64,000 nucleotides of DNA from Rhizaria sp. SCN 62-66 (GCA_001724265.1 MEDY01000060.1:1-64000), one strand, 5' to 3'. Shown: positions 35,944 to 48,000, counted from the stretch's first letter. A program made the numbers and translations. The notes: generated by a model not told the origin, from the sequence alone.

Positions 35944-37152
35944 TCATTGCATGTCTGTGTGTTCGTTTTGAACGCGCACATGTGTGAACGACGAGTTGTC
36001 ATGCGCAGGCTCAAGTGCGTGTGTCTCCGCGTTATTAGATCGCTTGATGGAGTGAGCGTACACGTGCGAGTGATTATTAGGCCCGCTAGCTGCACTGAGA
36101 TCAGGCGCTGGCAGCATAAGCAGTCCGAGAAACGGCCCGCTAAGCCCCAGACTTGGCGCCGCGTCCAGCCCCGGCGCCGCGAGCGCTGCCGGCGGCCGCG
36201 GCGGTTGTGACGGAGGCTGCGCCAGATGTATCTGTGGCTGCACCAGCGGTCGCGGCGGCTGTGCGAGCCGCTGCGGTGGCTGTGCCAGCTGTTGCAGTTG
36301 CTGTGCGAGCGATTGCCCTGCCTGTGACGGCTCGCGCGATGTTTCTAGACGCAATGAGGCTGGGTGTGGCAGCGACGCGACTTGTGGCAGCGACGCCAGC
36401 AGCGGCAGCGACGCCGCAGTGAGCGACGGCGGAGCAAACGCGCCCAGTGACGCCAGTGAAGCGACTGTGAGCGACGGTGCGAGGGTGACCGTGAGCACTC
36501 CGTGTGCGTGCGTTCCGCTCTCGCATGACCGAGTACCAGCGCCAGTATGACTGGTGCCGCGACCGTTCGCGTGTGCGTGACTGCTCGTACCGCTGTGAGT
36601 ATAGTCTCCTGTATTGTATTGCATGTCGTCGTTGTCGTTGATGCCGTTATTGATGTTGCTGTTGCAACAAGTGCAGTCGTCGTTTGTGCAGCCGCCGTCT
36701 TCGCAATCGCCACTACCTCTGGAGCCGCCTTGGTCCTTATTGTGTACGTTGTAGCGCCGAGTAGGCTTCAGATCATGCGGGCTCGTCAGCTTAAGCTCGT
36801 GCACCGATGGCTTTGGCGGTTTGACTCTGATTGCATCCGTGCTTACTACGGTGATCATGGGCGCTATGCCCGCCGGCAGCTCAGGTTCTGCAGGGACTTC
36901 GAATGCGTCGCGCGCCGCCCGCGCGTAGGCGAAGGCGCAGGCGGCTGTGGCGACCGTGAGCGCCAAAAGCGCGAGCGGCGACAGCGGCAGCAACGGCCAG
37001 CCTGACCTTGTGCCAGGATACGGCGGGGTTGAACCGACTGCGGAACTTGTCACAAACAGTACGCCGTCATCCGAGTCGTTGATTGACTGGGCGGCGGTCA
37101 GCGTGGCCGTGGCGGCGAAAGTGAGTAGCAGGAGAACGATGCGAATGCACAT
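35944..37152 (-). CDS. Uncharacterised single-pass membrane protein (signal peptide, short ectodomain, TM helix, low-complexity tail)
   Basis: Signal-like MCIRIVLLLLTFAATATLTAA and hydrophobic PLALLALTVATAACAFAYA. 402-aa ORF, TGA stop. Confidence 0.6.
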   Translation of the reverse strand: MCIRIVLLLLTFAATATLTAAQSINDSDDGVLFVTSSAVGSTPPYPGTRSGWPLLPLSPLALLALTVATAACAFAYARAARDAFEVPAEPELPAGIAPMITVVSTDAIRVKPPKPSVHELKLTSPHDLKPTRRYNVHNKDQGGSRGSGDCEDGGCTNDDCTCCNSNINNGINDNDDMQYNTGDYTHSGTSSHAHANGRGTSHTGAGTRSCESGTHAHGVLTVTLAPSLTVASLASLGAFAPPSLTAASLPLLASLPQVASLPHPASLRLETSREPSQAGQSLAQQLQQLAQPPQRLAQPPRPLVQPQIHLAQPPSQPPRPPAALAAPGLDAAPSLGLSGPFLGLLMLPAPDLSAASGPNNHSHVYAHSIKRSNNAETHALEPAHDNSSFTHVRVQNEHTDMQ

Positions 37153-38093
37153 TGGATCAGACTTAAAGACAAATAGTCGACACGCTGTTTGTCCTGCGTG
37201 TTATGAGAGTAATTGATCGTCAGTGTGCGCTGCAAGAAGATAAAATGCGTGGGCTTGTTAGCATTAGCAAGATCACCTGTTAGTATTTGCAAGACAGTCT
37301 ATGTCCAAGTGGTACGTTAACTTCGCATTGTGGACCTGTGATCCGAAGGTCTCGTTTAGCTCGCGATCGAATGCGGGTCGTCGATCAATTCATCGTTCTG
37401 TTTGGATGTGCGACAGCCATTGGCAAGTACGCTCTAATTTCCTGTTTTGTTGTGCGACTTTCTTTCGGTTTTATTCTTTCTTATATGCAGCACTGAAGTA
37501 TACTGCACTTAAAGTAGTCTCCAATGACACTTCAAGTCGTTCCTTTGTCGTAACTGCTGTTCGTCTACAAAGTACGCACAACGCGTTTCTTTCGAAGGTC
37601 CGGTAATGTACTTTGTTAATTTGTTAACCATTATACTTATTTAAATTGATTTTCTTTCAATACGACTCTATCTTCACCACGAAAGGTGTGATTTTGCATC
37701 AGGTCGATCAAAACACAGGAGGTTCATATAATCAAGATATGTACTGGTGCAAAAATAAACCAATTAATCCTTTCAACTGATGTTGAATGAGTAGATATCC
37801 AACTTTTGTTACGGATTACTACTGTCTTATCTGAGTACAAGTCAAAATGTCTCAATTGGGACAACAACGGCGAAAGTGGCTGACGAAGCGAGTTCGGAAA
37901 CGTTAACTCTATCAAGGGTGCTGGACATGATCTGGTCGTAAACGAGAGATATACTGCTACAATCTCAATTTAATTTTGTATTTAGATGCTATACTCTTAT
38001 TATATGCTGCATGTTATCTATTGCATCTCACATTCATCCTTCTCTTTCTCTTGCTTTCCTCGGTCGTCTTCGCTCAGTCCTGACGAGGTTTGC

Positions 38094-38897
38094 ATGGACG
38101 CAATCGATCGCGTCGGCATGGCGGTTGCCCGCCGCTTCCCACCGCGCCCACCTGGCGGTGCGCCCGTGCGCGCGGTGCCCGCAGCCGCCCCCCAGGGTCC
38201 CCTCGGCGCGCCCCCCGGCGACGCTTTGGTGGACCCATTCCACAACAACATTGACGTGCGCGCCGTAGCCGCGACCCTGCTGCGATGGACGCACGCGGTC
38301 TTCTCCTGGCTGCGCGCGCGCCCGCGACTCGTTGTGACGGGCGTTATCTCGCTCACCGGCTGGATTGCGACGATTGCGATTGGTTTCGGCAGCGTGTACG
38401 CGTGTTTCTGGCTCATGTGGCTCATCTTCAACAACCTGGGCGAGCGTAAAGAAGGTGAGATGAGTGCCTACAGCATCTTCAACGCCGGCGGCGAGCGCAT
38501 CACCGGCACGTTTACCGCGGAGGACATCGACGCGCAGTACCGCTATGGCGCTGGCATCACGGCCGCCCGCGCGCCACCCTCCGCTAGCAGTCTCTCCGGC
38601 AACATCATCACTGGTAACGCTGGCACTACGGCGGCGACACGTGCACAGCAGACGGCCGCGCTGGCGGGGCTGCGGCTGAACAAGGACGGCAACAAGCCCT
38701 GTCCCTGCGGCTCAGGCCGCAAGCTCAAGCGCTGCTGCTTCGACGCTGCTGCTGCCGCGCGCGCCGACGCGGACGCTGCTCTGGTGGCGGCGGGCCGCCA
38801 GCAGCTGGGACTGGCGCCCAGCGGCGGCGGCCGCGGCGGCGTGCGCGGGGACAGCGAGGACGACGAGGACGATGGCGAGGAGTACAATGGCGATTGA
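38094..38897 (+). CDS. SAYSD1: SAYSvFN-domain membrane protein (SAYSD1-like) with a C-terminal SEC-C-type metal-binding motif
   Basis: Hydrophobic hairpin followed by NLGERKEGEMSAYSIFNAGGERITGT, and later NKPCPCGSGRKLKRCC. ATG at 38094 follows a pyrimidine tract. Confidence 0.85.
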   Translation: MDAIDRVGMAVARRFPPRPPGGAPVRAVPAAAPQGPLGAPPGDALVDPFHNNIDVRAVAATLLRWTHAVFSWLRARPRLVVTGVISLTGWIATIAIGFGSVYACFWLMWLIFNNLGERKEGEMSAYSIFNAGGERITGTFTAEDIDAQYRYGAGITAARAPPSASSLSGNIITGNAGTTAATRAQQTAALAGLRLNKDGNKPCPCGSGRKLKRCCFDAAAAARADADAALVAAGRQQLGLAPSGGGRGGVRGDSEDDEDDGEEYNGD

Positions 38898-39202
38898 GTG
38901 CAGATATGAGCCATAACGAGGTGTTTTTTTTCGCTGGCCAGTGTGAAACGATATATAAATAAACAAGGCCAGATCTAAGGCGCATTTCTAGATTTGATTT
39001 GTGTATTCAACTTATTGTTCACATCAATATAATCTACGAATACACTTCTATACCATAACAAAACCACCATCGATGACATCACACTCATATATCCCGCGCG
39101 GTCACCCTAATACAGCCGTTGGTGGTCAGTTCACCTCAAGCCAGCCAGCCAGCTCTCAGTCGCTCGCTCTCGGTCAAGCTTCATTCGATCGCTCAGTGCT
39201 GG

Positions 39203-40936
39203 TCAGTACGCCTTGCGGTGCATGGCGGTGGCAGCCTGCCGGTGCAGCGTGTTGAGCTCCTCCGCAGCCGACAGAGCCTGGTCCTTCAGCCGTCCATAGT
39301 CACTCTCACGGCGGCGCGCGGCAAGCCCTTCCGCGATGCCATGGGAAACCTTGCGCAGCGCTGCAACCTTAGCCTCAAGCGCAGTGAGCGTCTTAAACTG
39401 CGGGTTCGCCTGCAGAAGCCGGTCCGCGGTGTCGAACTCCTGACTCGTCTGCTGCAACGCCACACGGAGGGAATCACGCATGCGGCGCGAGTCAACCGCG
39501 GCGCGCGCAAGCTTGGCCTTGCGTTCAGCGTGCTCGCGCCGCAGCTCATCGGCCGACTTGAACTCGGTCATCGCCTTCTCCATCTCGGCACGCTTGGTCT
39601 TGAGTTCGGCCAGCTCGTCCTCAACCTTGCGGTCAAGCCCCTGGATGCGGGACAGCTCCTCACGGCGCTTGGCGAGCTCCTTCTTGACAACACCGATGGT
39701 CGTCTCAGACTGCTGCTGCGACATCTGCTTGAACGACAGGTCCGCTTTGAGCTCCGCCAGCTTCGCCGCGTCCGTGGGCAGCGACTCCTGCGCCGCGACC
39801 TGGGCCGAGATGTGCCGCAGAAGCGCAAGGATGTTGGCCTGTGAGCGCTCCTTGGTCGCGACTTCAAGCGCCATCGTCTCGGGAAAAGTCGTGATGTAAT
39901 CGCGGATGTGCTTGTCCTTGGCGAAGATCGACTCGTACTTGTGGCTGTTGGCTTGGTAGCTCTGCGCGGACGCAACGTCCTTCTCGCGCCGCTCCACATC
40001 CGCCGCGGCGCGCGCGTTGCTGCGTTCGAGATCCATCGCACGCACTTCCAGGTCCGCGGCCTCCGCCTTGGAGTCCTTCAGCAGCCGCAGCAGACGCGCG
40101 TAAAGCTCCTCACCGGTGGCACCGGACTCGAACTCCTCCTCGAGTTGCGCGCGCGAGCGGGAGAGAGCAGCATGCAAGCGCTGGAGCTGGAGCCCGCGCG
40201 CGTGGATGCGGTATGCTTCGGAGGAAAGATCCTCATGGGCGGCCTGGACGCGTGCCTCGATCTCACCGAGAAGCTGCTCTTTCTTGGCGTTCTCGCGCGC
40301 GTACAACGCATCCTCATCACGCAGGGAAACGTACTCCTGCTGTGCGTCGTCGCCCAGAGAGCCCACGCGCTGCGCAAGGCGGTCGTGGAACTCAGACACG
40401 CGGTCCTCGGTCTCCCGCACCGCTTTCTCGGCCGTGGCAGCACGGAGGAAAACCTCGTCGACTGAGGAACGCTCATGCTCGTTGCGCTGGCGCAGGCGGT
40501 CGCACATATCGCGCAGCTCCGCGGCGTCAATGTTTGTGCGGACCTTATCCAGTGCAAGGTTGAAGTCGGCCAAGTCGCCCTCTTTGTTGCGGATGTCCTT
40601 AAGCATGTTGTCGTACTTGCGAGCAAGCTGGGCTTGGAGAACGTTGTCGGTTTCGATCTTGAGAATCTCATCGCGCATGTTGGTCATCTCGTTGTCGATG
40701 TCCTGCAAGCGCTGACGAAGCTCAAGTGTGTGGTAGGCCTTGTCAGCGACCTGGCGACCGGGACCGACATTCTTGGCCGTCATGCCCTGCAGACCGTGGG
40801 TCATCATGGGACGGTGTTCGATAACGACGTCCGTCTGCAGCGGCGCGTGGGACTGCTCGCCGCCGCGCGCCATCGTGCCCATCGGGCGGCGCAGCGTGCC
40901 CAGGCGTCCGGGGGCCACAGTGCCACCGGAAGACAT
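39203..40936 (-). CDS. IFT74: Intraflagellar transport protein 74
   Basis: Basic N-terminus (GRLGTLRRPMGT), RPMMTHGLQGM..GPGRQVADKAY, EGDLADFNLALD, ILALLRHIS and DLSFKQ. Coiled coil, ending in ESDY near the C-terminus. ATG at 40936. Confidence 0.92.
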   Translation of the reverse strand: MSSGGTVAPGRLGTLRRPMGTMARGGEQSHAPLQTDVVIEHRPMMTHGLQGMTAKNVGPGRQVADKAYHTLELRQRLQDIDNEMTNMRDEILKIETDNVLQAQLARKYDNMLKDIRNKEGDLADFNLALDKVRTNIDAAELRDMCDRLRQRNEHERSSVDEVFLRAATAEKAVRETEDRVSEFHDRLAQRVGSLGDDAQQEYVSLRDEDALYARENAKKEQLLGEIEARVQAAHEDLSSEAYRIHARGLQLQRLHAALSRSRAQLEEEFESGATGEELYARLLRLLKDSKAEAADLEVRAMDLERSNARAAADVERREKDVASAQSYQANSHKYESIFAKDKHIRDYITTFPETMALEVATKERSQANILALLRHISAQVAAQESLPTDAAKLAELKADLSFKQMSQQQSETTIGVVKKELAKRREELSRIQGLDRKVEDELAELKTKRAEMEKAMTEFKSADELRREHAERKAKLARAAVDSRRMRDSLRVALQQTSQEFDTADRLLQANPQFKTLTALEAKVAALRKVSHGIAEGLAARRRESDYGRLKDQALSAAEELNTLHRQAATAMHRKAY

Positions 40937-41483
40937 TCTTGACAGGACGAAACAGACAGAAACTGGACGCGTACGAGGCGGGGAAAGACGAAAAGAGAGG
41001 AGAGGCCTACAAACGGGAGAGGGGAGCAGTAGGAATAGAAATTCGTTTGAGTAATGACCGTCAGTACAATTTCTGCGAATAAATTGAAATAAAAGCGTCA
41101 ATATATTGTTTGTCCGTATTATTGAAGAGTGAGAATATGCCATGTGTAAAGCATGGAGCACGAATGAATCTTGGGCTCTTCTAACCGTTGAGCAGAACCA
41201 CATTTGAATTGTGTTGTGTGGCCTTTGACTGAGGAACAGTCACAGCCAATTACATTTGCTGCTCCATGACTCGGTATACAAAGTCCATGGGTTTCAAACT
41301 TCAATTATGGTGCAATTTATATAGCTTTTGTATTGGTGAATACAGTATGTCTTTTGTAGTGTTCTATTTCGCAGCGTGATACCCTCCAAAGGAGTCGCGC
41401 TCGCCCTTGCATCAGGCCCCCATATCGAGCCGTTACCACCTCAAAGGCGCTCTAAAGTGTTGTTAATCTCACTCTCAAGGCGT

Positions 41484-43508
41484 TCAGACCCCCGCAATAG
41501 CGCCCGAGGCCTTGGCGACTTCGGCCTGCTTCTTGGCAGACCCGAGCTTCGCGTCCATCAGCGTGCGCAGTTGCGTGAAGATCTTCCTCTGCCCCACATC
41601 ATCCTGATGCGTCGCCACCGCTTCCCGCTGCTCGTCCTGCAGCCGCTTTTGCAGCCGCTGCTCCGTGTCCACCGTCTTTTCCACCATTTCCTTCCACGTC
41701 TTGAACGCCGTCGACAGCCGTCCCTGGTGCGCAAACCCAGCTTCCTGCTTGGCCTGCTCAGCACGCGCGTTGACCACAGACAGCAGCGCGCGGAGTTGCC
41801 GCATTGCGAGCTCGTCGGCAGCCATCTCGGTCTGGTATTTCGCCACTTCGTCCTCGAGAGACGCGCGGTCCGCAGCGAGTTGACCGGCGACAGCGTCGTG
41901 TTGCTTCCGCCGCTTGGTATACTCCGCCTCAACCTCGTCGAAACCCTGGCGGACGTCCTTGAGGTCGCGGATCAGCGGCTGCAACTTGTTGCGCTTGGCT
42001 TTGATGCTCGCCGTGATGGTATCGACCATCTTCGAGATCTGCTCCAGCGTCGCCCCCTTAGCCAGGTTAAGCTCCGCCTGCGCCGCGGACACGCCCTCGA
42101 GCTGTGCCTGTGTCGCCGCGTAGCCCTCCATTCCACGCTCGCGCTCCAGCTCAGCCGTGAGCTCCTCGACCTTCTCGTCGCGCGCCCGCAGCAGCGCCTC
42201 GGTGTTGGTGAGCACCTGGTTCTCCATCTGTGCGCCCCGCAGTTGCGCTTTGAGGTCGCGGTACTCCGCCATACGGCCCTTAATCTCCTCCGAGACGGCA
42301 GCGAGCTCGCTTTCGGTCATGACCTTCTTGCCGTCGGCGGACATCGCCTTGAGCTCAGCGGCCAACCTCGCGAGCTCCTTCCCGTGCTCCGCCTGCTCTT
42401 GCTCCAGCTCGTCCACACGCTCCTGCAGTTTATCACGGCGCGACTCCGCGGTGCCGAGGTGGGAGCGCGCGAGCTGGATCTGCTCACTCGCGCCGGCCAT
42501 ACTCGCATCACGCTGTTGCATCAACGCCTCGACGTGCGCCTGCAGGAGGCCGCACTCGTCCTCGAGCTGCCCCACCAGCTCCGGTGCCAGCGGGGCGGAG
42601 GTCAGTGCGCGGGCCACCTCGCGGAACGCCTTGTCGCGCTCGCGCACTTCACGGTCAAGCGCTTCGCCGCGCGCGCGGAGTTGCGCCGTCTCCTGCCGCT
42701 GCCGCTGCAACACCGTCGCCGGGGCCGCGCGGGCAAGCTCGCCGTCTTCCAGCGCCTTGAGCCGCGCGAGGCCGTGGCGACGCGCGACGACGGCGCGGTC
42801 CAGCCGTGCGCGCTGCTCGCGGAGCTGCCGCGCAAGCGCCGCTTCTTCCTCCTGCTCTTTGCGGAGAGCGTGTGTGGCGTGGAGAACCTCGGCGAAGTCG
42901 ACTCCAGCAAACTCCGGGGAAGTCTCGACGCGTTGGCGCAAGCGGGCAATTTTGGCGTCGAGCTGCTCCGTCTCAGCGTCGAGCTGGCGGATGTCGCGCT
43001 CCAGCTCCAGCGGCGGCGTGTGCGACGCGCGTGCGGTCTCGGCGGCCTTGTGGAGCTCTTTGAACTCGTCCTGGAGAGCTTTGAGGCGTTGGACGAGGGA
43101 AACGATCTGTTCATCGGCAAAGTACTCCTCAGGGATCGCGGCGGGGCGCAGAAAGCGCGAGAGGTATGCGCGCTTCTTGAGGTCGGGCACGCGCGCAAGG
43201 ATCCAGGCGAGCAACGGGTACACGACCGACTTATCAACGCGGAGGAAGGCTTCTGAGAAGGCCTCCAGGTCCTGGGAAGGCTTGTAGCCGAGAGCAACGA
43301 TGAACTCGAGCATACGCGCGCCCATGAGCGCCTGGTCTTCGTCACGGATGTCACGGCGCGCCTGCTTTGAGTCGAGCACGGCGAAAACGTCGTTGACAAC
43401 TTGGAGCAGCTCAGGCCCCTGCTTGGCATCCAGGGTGACCATCGAGAGCCGCATGCTGAACGGCGGCCGGCTCAGGTTCTGCACGATGAACTTGATTTCA
43501 TCGCCCAT
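41484..43508 (-). CDS. IFT81: Intraflagellar transport protein 81
   Basis: N-terminal CH-like domain MGDEIKFIVQNLSRPPF..ELLQVVNDVF. Also LKKRAYLSRFL, QDEFKELHK, KGATLEQIS and KLQPLIRDL. 674 aa. Confidence 0.95.
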   Translation of the reverse strand: MGDEIKFIVQNLSRPPFSMRLSMVTLDAKQGPELLQVVNDVFAVLDSKQARRDIRDEDQALMGARMLEFIVALGYKPSQDLEAFSEAFLRVDKSVVYPLLAWILARVPDLKKRAYLSRFLRPAAIPEEYFADEQIVSLVQRLKALQDEFKELHKAAETARASHTPPLELERDIRQLDAETEQLDAKIARLRQRVETSPEFAGVDFAEVLHATHALRKEQEEEAALARQLREQRARLDRAVVARRHGLARLKALEDGELARAAPATVLQRQRQETAQLRARGEALDREVRERDKAFREVARALTSAPLAPELVGQLEDECGLLQAHVEALMQQRDASMAGASEQIQLARSHLGTAESRRDKLQERVDELEQEQAEHGKELARLAAELKAMSADGKKVMTESELAAVSEEIKGRMAEYRDLKAQLRGAQMENQVLTNTEALLRARDEKVEELTAELERERGMEGYAATQAQLEGVSAAQAELNLAKGATLEQISKMVDTITASIKAKRNKLQPLIRDLKDVRQGFDEVEAEYTKRRKQHDAVAGQLAADRASLEDEVAKYQTEMAADELAMRQLRALLSVVNARAEQAKQEAGFAHQGRLSTAFKTWKEMVEKTVDTEQRLQKRLQDEQREAVATHQDDVGQRKIFTQLRTLMDAKLGSAKKQAEVAKASGAIAGV

Positions 43509-43939
43509 GGCTGACCCGACTGGGTAGAAAAGATAAAAACATGGTACAACAAAAAGTCAGCAGTGGTAGGGCGTGAGAATTGCGAGCATGAGAGCGAGCG
43601 AATAGTTAGTAGATTGTTGTTTCCAACGGGTATAAAGCGATGAAGTAATGCAAGGGACAGGTGTCGCCTAGACAGGATTAATGCCAACGTTAATTAAAAT
43701 TTAGATATCTCGTTAGCATGATAAATTGTTGGGCGCACTGAACAGTGTACTGACGGCATGGGTGACGCATATCGAGGGTCAAAATCTTCGCCCATTTGAA
43801 AACCGTTTGAGCTGTGGCTCGAGATGACCGTGAGCAGGCGGGTCAAGTCAGCCCCAATTTTTTGAGCGATATCTTCCGCAGTTTATCGTCAATCGTAACG
43901 TCGAGCTAATATTAGCACTAAAAGGCTTTTAATAACAGA

Positions 43940-44568
43940 ATGACTTCTCGTGCACCCGCTGCAAAGTCCCGTAAGGCTGAGGTACGCCCTGCTTTTTGAC
44001 CCACTCGACCGAGCCTAATCTGCATCTCCAACCCGACTTTCTGAGTCCCTCTCACCTCTCGAACGCTCATGTTTTCCTTTGTTATTCTATTCACACGCAG
44101 CCTGTTGTCCAGGCTCCTCTGCGTGTGGAGTCGATGGTGCTCGAAAACCGCACTACGGCGGTGCAGCGCTCTCTGGAGCCGACAATGCGTACTTTACTGC
44201 AGCAAATGGGCGACCCGCAGGTTCTCCCCGCCACCACAGCCGCGCTGGCTGACCTCACTGCGGCGTTCATGGCGGACCTGGCGACCGAGTCTGCGCGCGT
44301 CGCCGCCGCCGCGGCCGCCTTCTCGCCTGATGCACCGGCAGGAGCGGCCACCGCGGCCGCTGTCACGAGTACTATCGCAGGCAGCTCTACAACAGCGGCG
44401 GCGGCGGCGGGCGTGGGCGCGGGCGCGGGGGGCTCGGCGGGCAGCGGGGTCGCGCTGAAGCACGTCCGCTACGTGGTACACTCACACCCCGAGATGTCGG
44501 AGCGGTTGGGCGGTATTGCGCTTCACAAGGGCGGCTCCGAGCGTGACCGCAAGGACCGGGATCAGTGA
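43940..44568 (+). CDS. TAF13: TAF13-like (TFIID 18 kDa) histone-fold protein. Exons 43940-43981 and 44101-44568
   Basis: MRTLLQQMGD..TTAALADLTAAFMADLA..VALKHVRYVVHSHPEMSERL follows the TAF13/SPT3 histone-fold pattern. Phase-0 GTACGC..CAG intron. Confidence 0.62.
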
Positions 44569-45098
44569 CCTTGAGTCACATATCGCGGCATGCAGACAAG
44601 TTGTTCGTGAGGATGATGTTTGCGCTTACACACGTAAGCGTGGTGTAGTATTTATACGGCGACGCTCTTGCTTTATTGACGCTTTGAACCTCATTGTGAG
44701 TCCTAGAGCTGTCGAACGACCAAAAAATGTATATTTGGAGACTTGGCCAATACCCTCTCATCCGGAGATACTACACATGATATTTAGATTTTGATTAAAA
44801 TAACGGAGTGACTCGCAGAGAGTCGTGTTTTCCGATGCCTAAAATACAGTTTACTTAGCTATTACCCATGATAACATGAACTTATCTCCCCAAAAAGCTT
44901 GGGAGTGCCACTCCTTCACTGGCGTCCAGACGTTAAGTCGAGTCTTCGCGCCTCTTCGACGTCGAACTTCAGATGTGTGATACGCCGTGTGAATTGACTG
45001 TGGTTAGCGAATATTCTCTTTTGATCGGCGATTTTGTTTTGATTTGACTTACATCTATTCTTTTTTATTCACGTTCTATGTGCTGATGTGTCTCTAAG

Positions 45099-48000
45099 AT
45101 GTCGGACGAGCCACACGACTAGCAAGTCGACAACGCGATCGACAGCCTCGAGTTCGAGGCGATTCAGCAGCACGCCCGGTCGCTCCTGGATGACCGCCAA
45201 GCGAAGCGCACGCTGTTTAACGACGACTACGACGATCAGTCAGTCCCGCAGAGCGTGATCCCTGGCTCTTTCTCCCAGCCCGCCTCGTACGCGTTTGTCC
45301 CGCATTTGGGCACTGACGGCCCTCTGCCCGCGCCGCCACCCGCCGCCGCCGCCGCCGGAAGCCCCAACGCGCGCCTGGACAACACCACTAGCTCTTCTTC
45401 CGCCGGCTCGCTCTACGCCCGCAAGAAAGCCCGCGCAAGCGACGTGGCCTTCTCGCAAACACTCAGTCAGGACCCTTTCGATAGTATCAATAGTCAAAGC
45501 CATGCGGGAGTCGTCAGTCCTCACTACGGTGCGCTGTCACAGGACCAAAACCCCGTTTACAGTCAGAGTCTGGGGGCCAGCGAGGCCTGGACGCTTCAGG
45601 TCGGCACTCTGTCCCAGTCGCAACAGCAGCAGCCACTGCCACCGTCTCAGTCTCACGGGGGCGCTTCATCGGCGGTGACGGCGCCGGCGTCCCAGGACGA
45701 TGACAACCTGTTCACAGGGCTCGCCGGTGTCAAGCAAGCTGTGCTGGCGTCACAAGAGACTGTGGCAGCGTCACAAGATGGTGATACGCTCTTTGACGGG
45801 CTGGCCGGCATCAAGCAGACAGCACAACACTCTTTGTCTCAGTCGCAGTCTCAGAGCAATTTCCCCACAACGTCTCTTGCCCGTAAGTCGCCCGCTCGCG
45901 CCGCTGCGACTCCTGCCAATGCCCCGGCGCCTGCTACTACTGCGCGCGCGGCAGCGCCCGTGGCTGCGAACGACTTTTACGCCGATTTCGCTCGTGACGA
46001 AGGTGCGTATGAGCCTGATGAACCGGATGCAGACGAATTGGCAGAGTTCGAGGCTGCAAAGGCCGCATACGCACAGTCGCACTCTTCCTCCTCCTCCTCA
46101 AGTGCGCGTGCGAGTGCGAGTTCTAGTGGGGTGCCGGGGATGAGTGAGTGGGAAGAGTACGATGCCGCGTATGCCAAAGAGCTTGCCGCTAAGGAAGCCG
46201 CCGAAGCCGCTGCCAGGGCCGCGAAGGCTGCCAAGTCTGCCAAGACTGCTGCTGGCGCGACTCCGAGTGCTAAGGTTGCGTCTGGTCCCAGCGCCGCCCC
46301 AGTCGAGAGTCCGTACTATACTGGCCCTTCCTCCTCCGATTCTTCCTCCTCCTCAGCCTCAGCCTCTTCCTCGACCTCTTCAGCTTCGACGTCTGCATCG
46401 GCGGCGGTTCATGGCGCGGACGCTGGCTACAGCTACGGCGGCGTTAGTGCCCACACGCGCGCTGGCGCTGGCTTGACTGCGCACCCTCTCCGCCGTCTCC
46501 CCGCGCCGGCTGGGGCGGCGCTATTGACCCGTGCCCCCGCCACGGGTGGTTTCGCCACTCTAACTACCCATACGGCCTCGGGCGCGGGTGGCGGCAGCGG
46601 CGACGGCGACGCCGCGGGCACTCTCACGCGTCGCTGGTATCTATCGGTCGAGAGCGAGGCTGAGCACGCCCAGAGGCTTGCTGGTGTCGCAGCGGCACAC
46701 GCCGGGTTTGCGGCAACCTCTGTCGCCGCTGCGGGAGCGGCCCGGGGCGCGGGACTCGGTTTGTTAAGCCGCCCCATGGCGGAGATCGTCGCCGAGGCGG
46801 ACGCTGACCGGCGCAGGGATGACATAGCCCGCGCACAACGCCTCGCTGCCGAAGCCGCGGAGGCCGCCGAGCGCGCTGCCAGTGAGAAGAAACACAAAAA
46901 GGGCGGTGGCCGCCGCGAGCGTGCTGCTGCTGCGGCTTCGAGTGCGCAGGAGAAAGAGCAGCTTCTGGTGGATAAATACTCGCCGCAGCGGTACATCGAG
47001 CTGCTGTCAGCGGAGCAGTGCAATCGCGACGTGGTGACCTGGCTCAAACAGTGGGATTTGCGCGTGTTCAACCGCCCAGTGCCTGATATGCCTGCCATCG
47101 CGCGGCCTGACCCGCCGTTCGGTGCCCCCCGGCCGGGTCAATTTGCCGCCGCACCGCACCACCAGCAGCAGCAGCCGAAGCCTGACTGGCGCGATGGGCC
47201 CGAGCAGCCAGTGATCCTGCTTGCCGGTCCTCCCGGCGCCGGCAAGACGACTCTGGCACACGTGGCGGCGCGGCACTGCGGCTACCGCGTCATTGAGGTC
47301 AACGCGTCGGATGACCGGTCAATGGACGCGGTCGCGCATAAGATCCGCGGTGCTGTCGAGACAGAGAACGTCATGGGTGAGCGGCGGCCTAACTTACTCG
47401 TACTCGACGAAATCGACGGTGCACTGGGAGGCGACGACGGTGAGTCCCGTGCGGCCGGCGCGGGCGCAGACTCCGCTGTCGGGCTGTTGATTGAGATGGT
47501 CAAGGTCTCACGGGCCCGGGCGCGTGCACGGCAGGGACGCGAGTCAAATGACGACGCCAAGAAGACCCGCGGCGAGGACAGCGACAGCGACGACGACGGC
47601 GACAAAGACGGGAAAGACGGCGCCGCCGCGGCAGCGGGGAAGAAAGGCAACAAGCTCGGTCCCGGTGGCAACGGTGTGACGCGGCCTATCATCTGCATCT
47701 GCAACGACCCCTTCGCGCCTTGCTTGCGCCCGCTGTTGCCGTTTGTGCGGCTTATCCACGTCGAACCCGTCTCCAAGACGCGGCTCGTGTCGCGGTTGAC
47801 TGCGATTACGGCCAAAGAACGGATCCCGGCCGAGCCGCGCGCGCTGGCAGCTCTGGCGGACCTGGTCAACTGCGACGTCCGCTCGGCGCTGCACACGCTG
47901 CAGTTCGTCAAAGCACGGCTCCCGCGGCGCGGCGCCAAACACAAGGCGGTGGTGGCGTCGGCGGCTGGGGCGGGTGATGCTGTGGGTGAAGAGGCTGACG

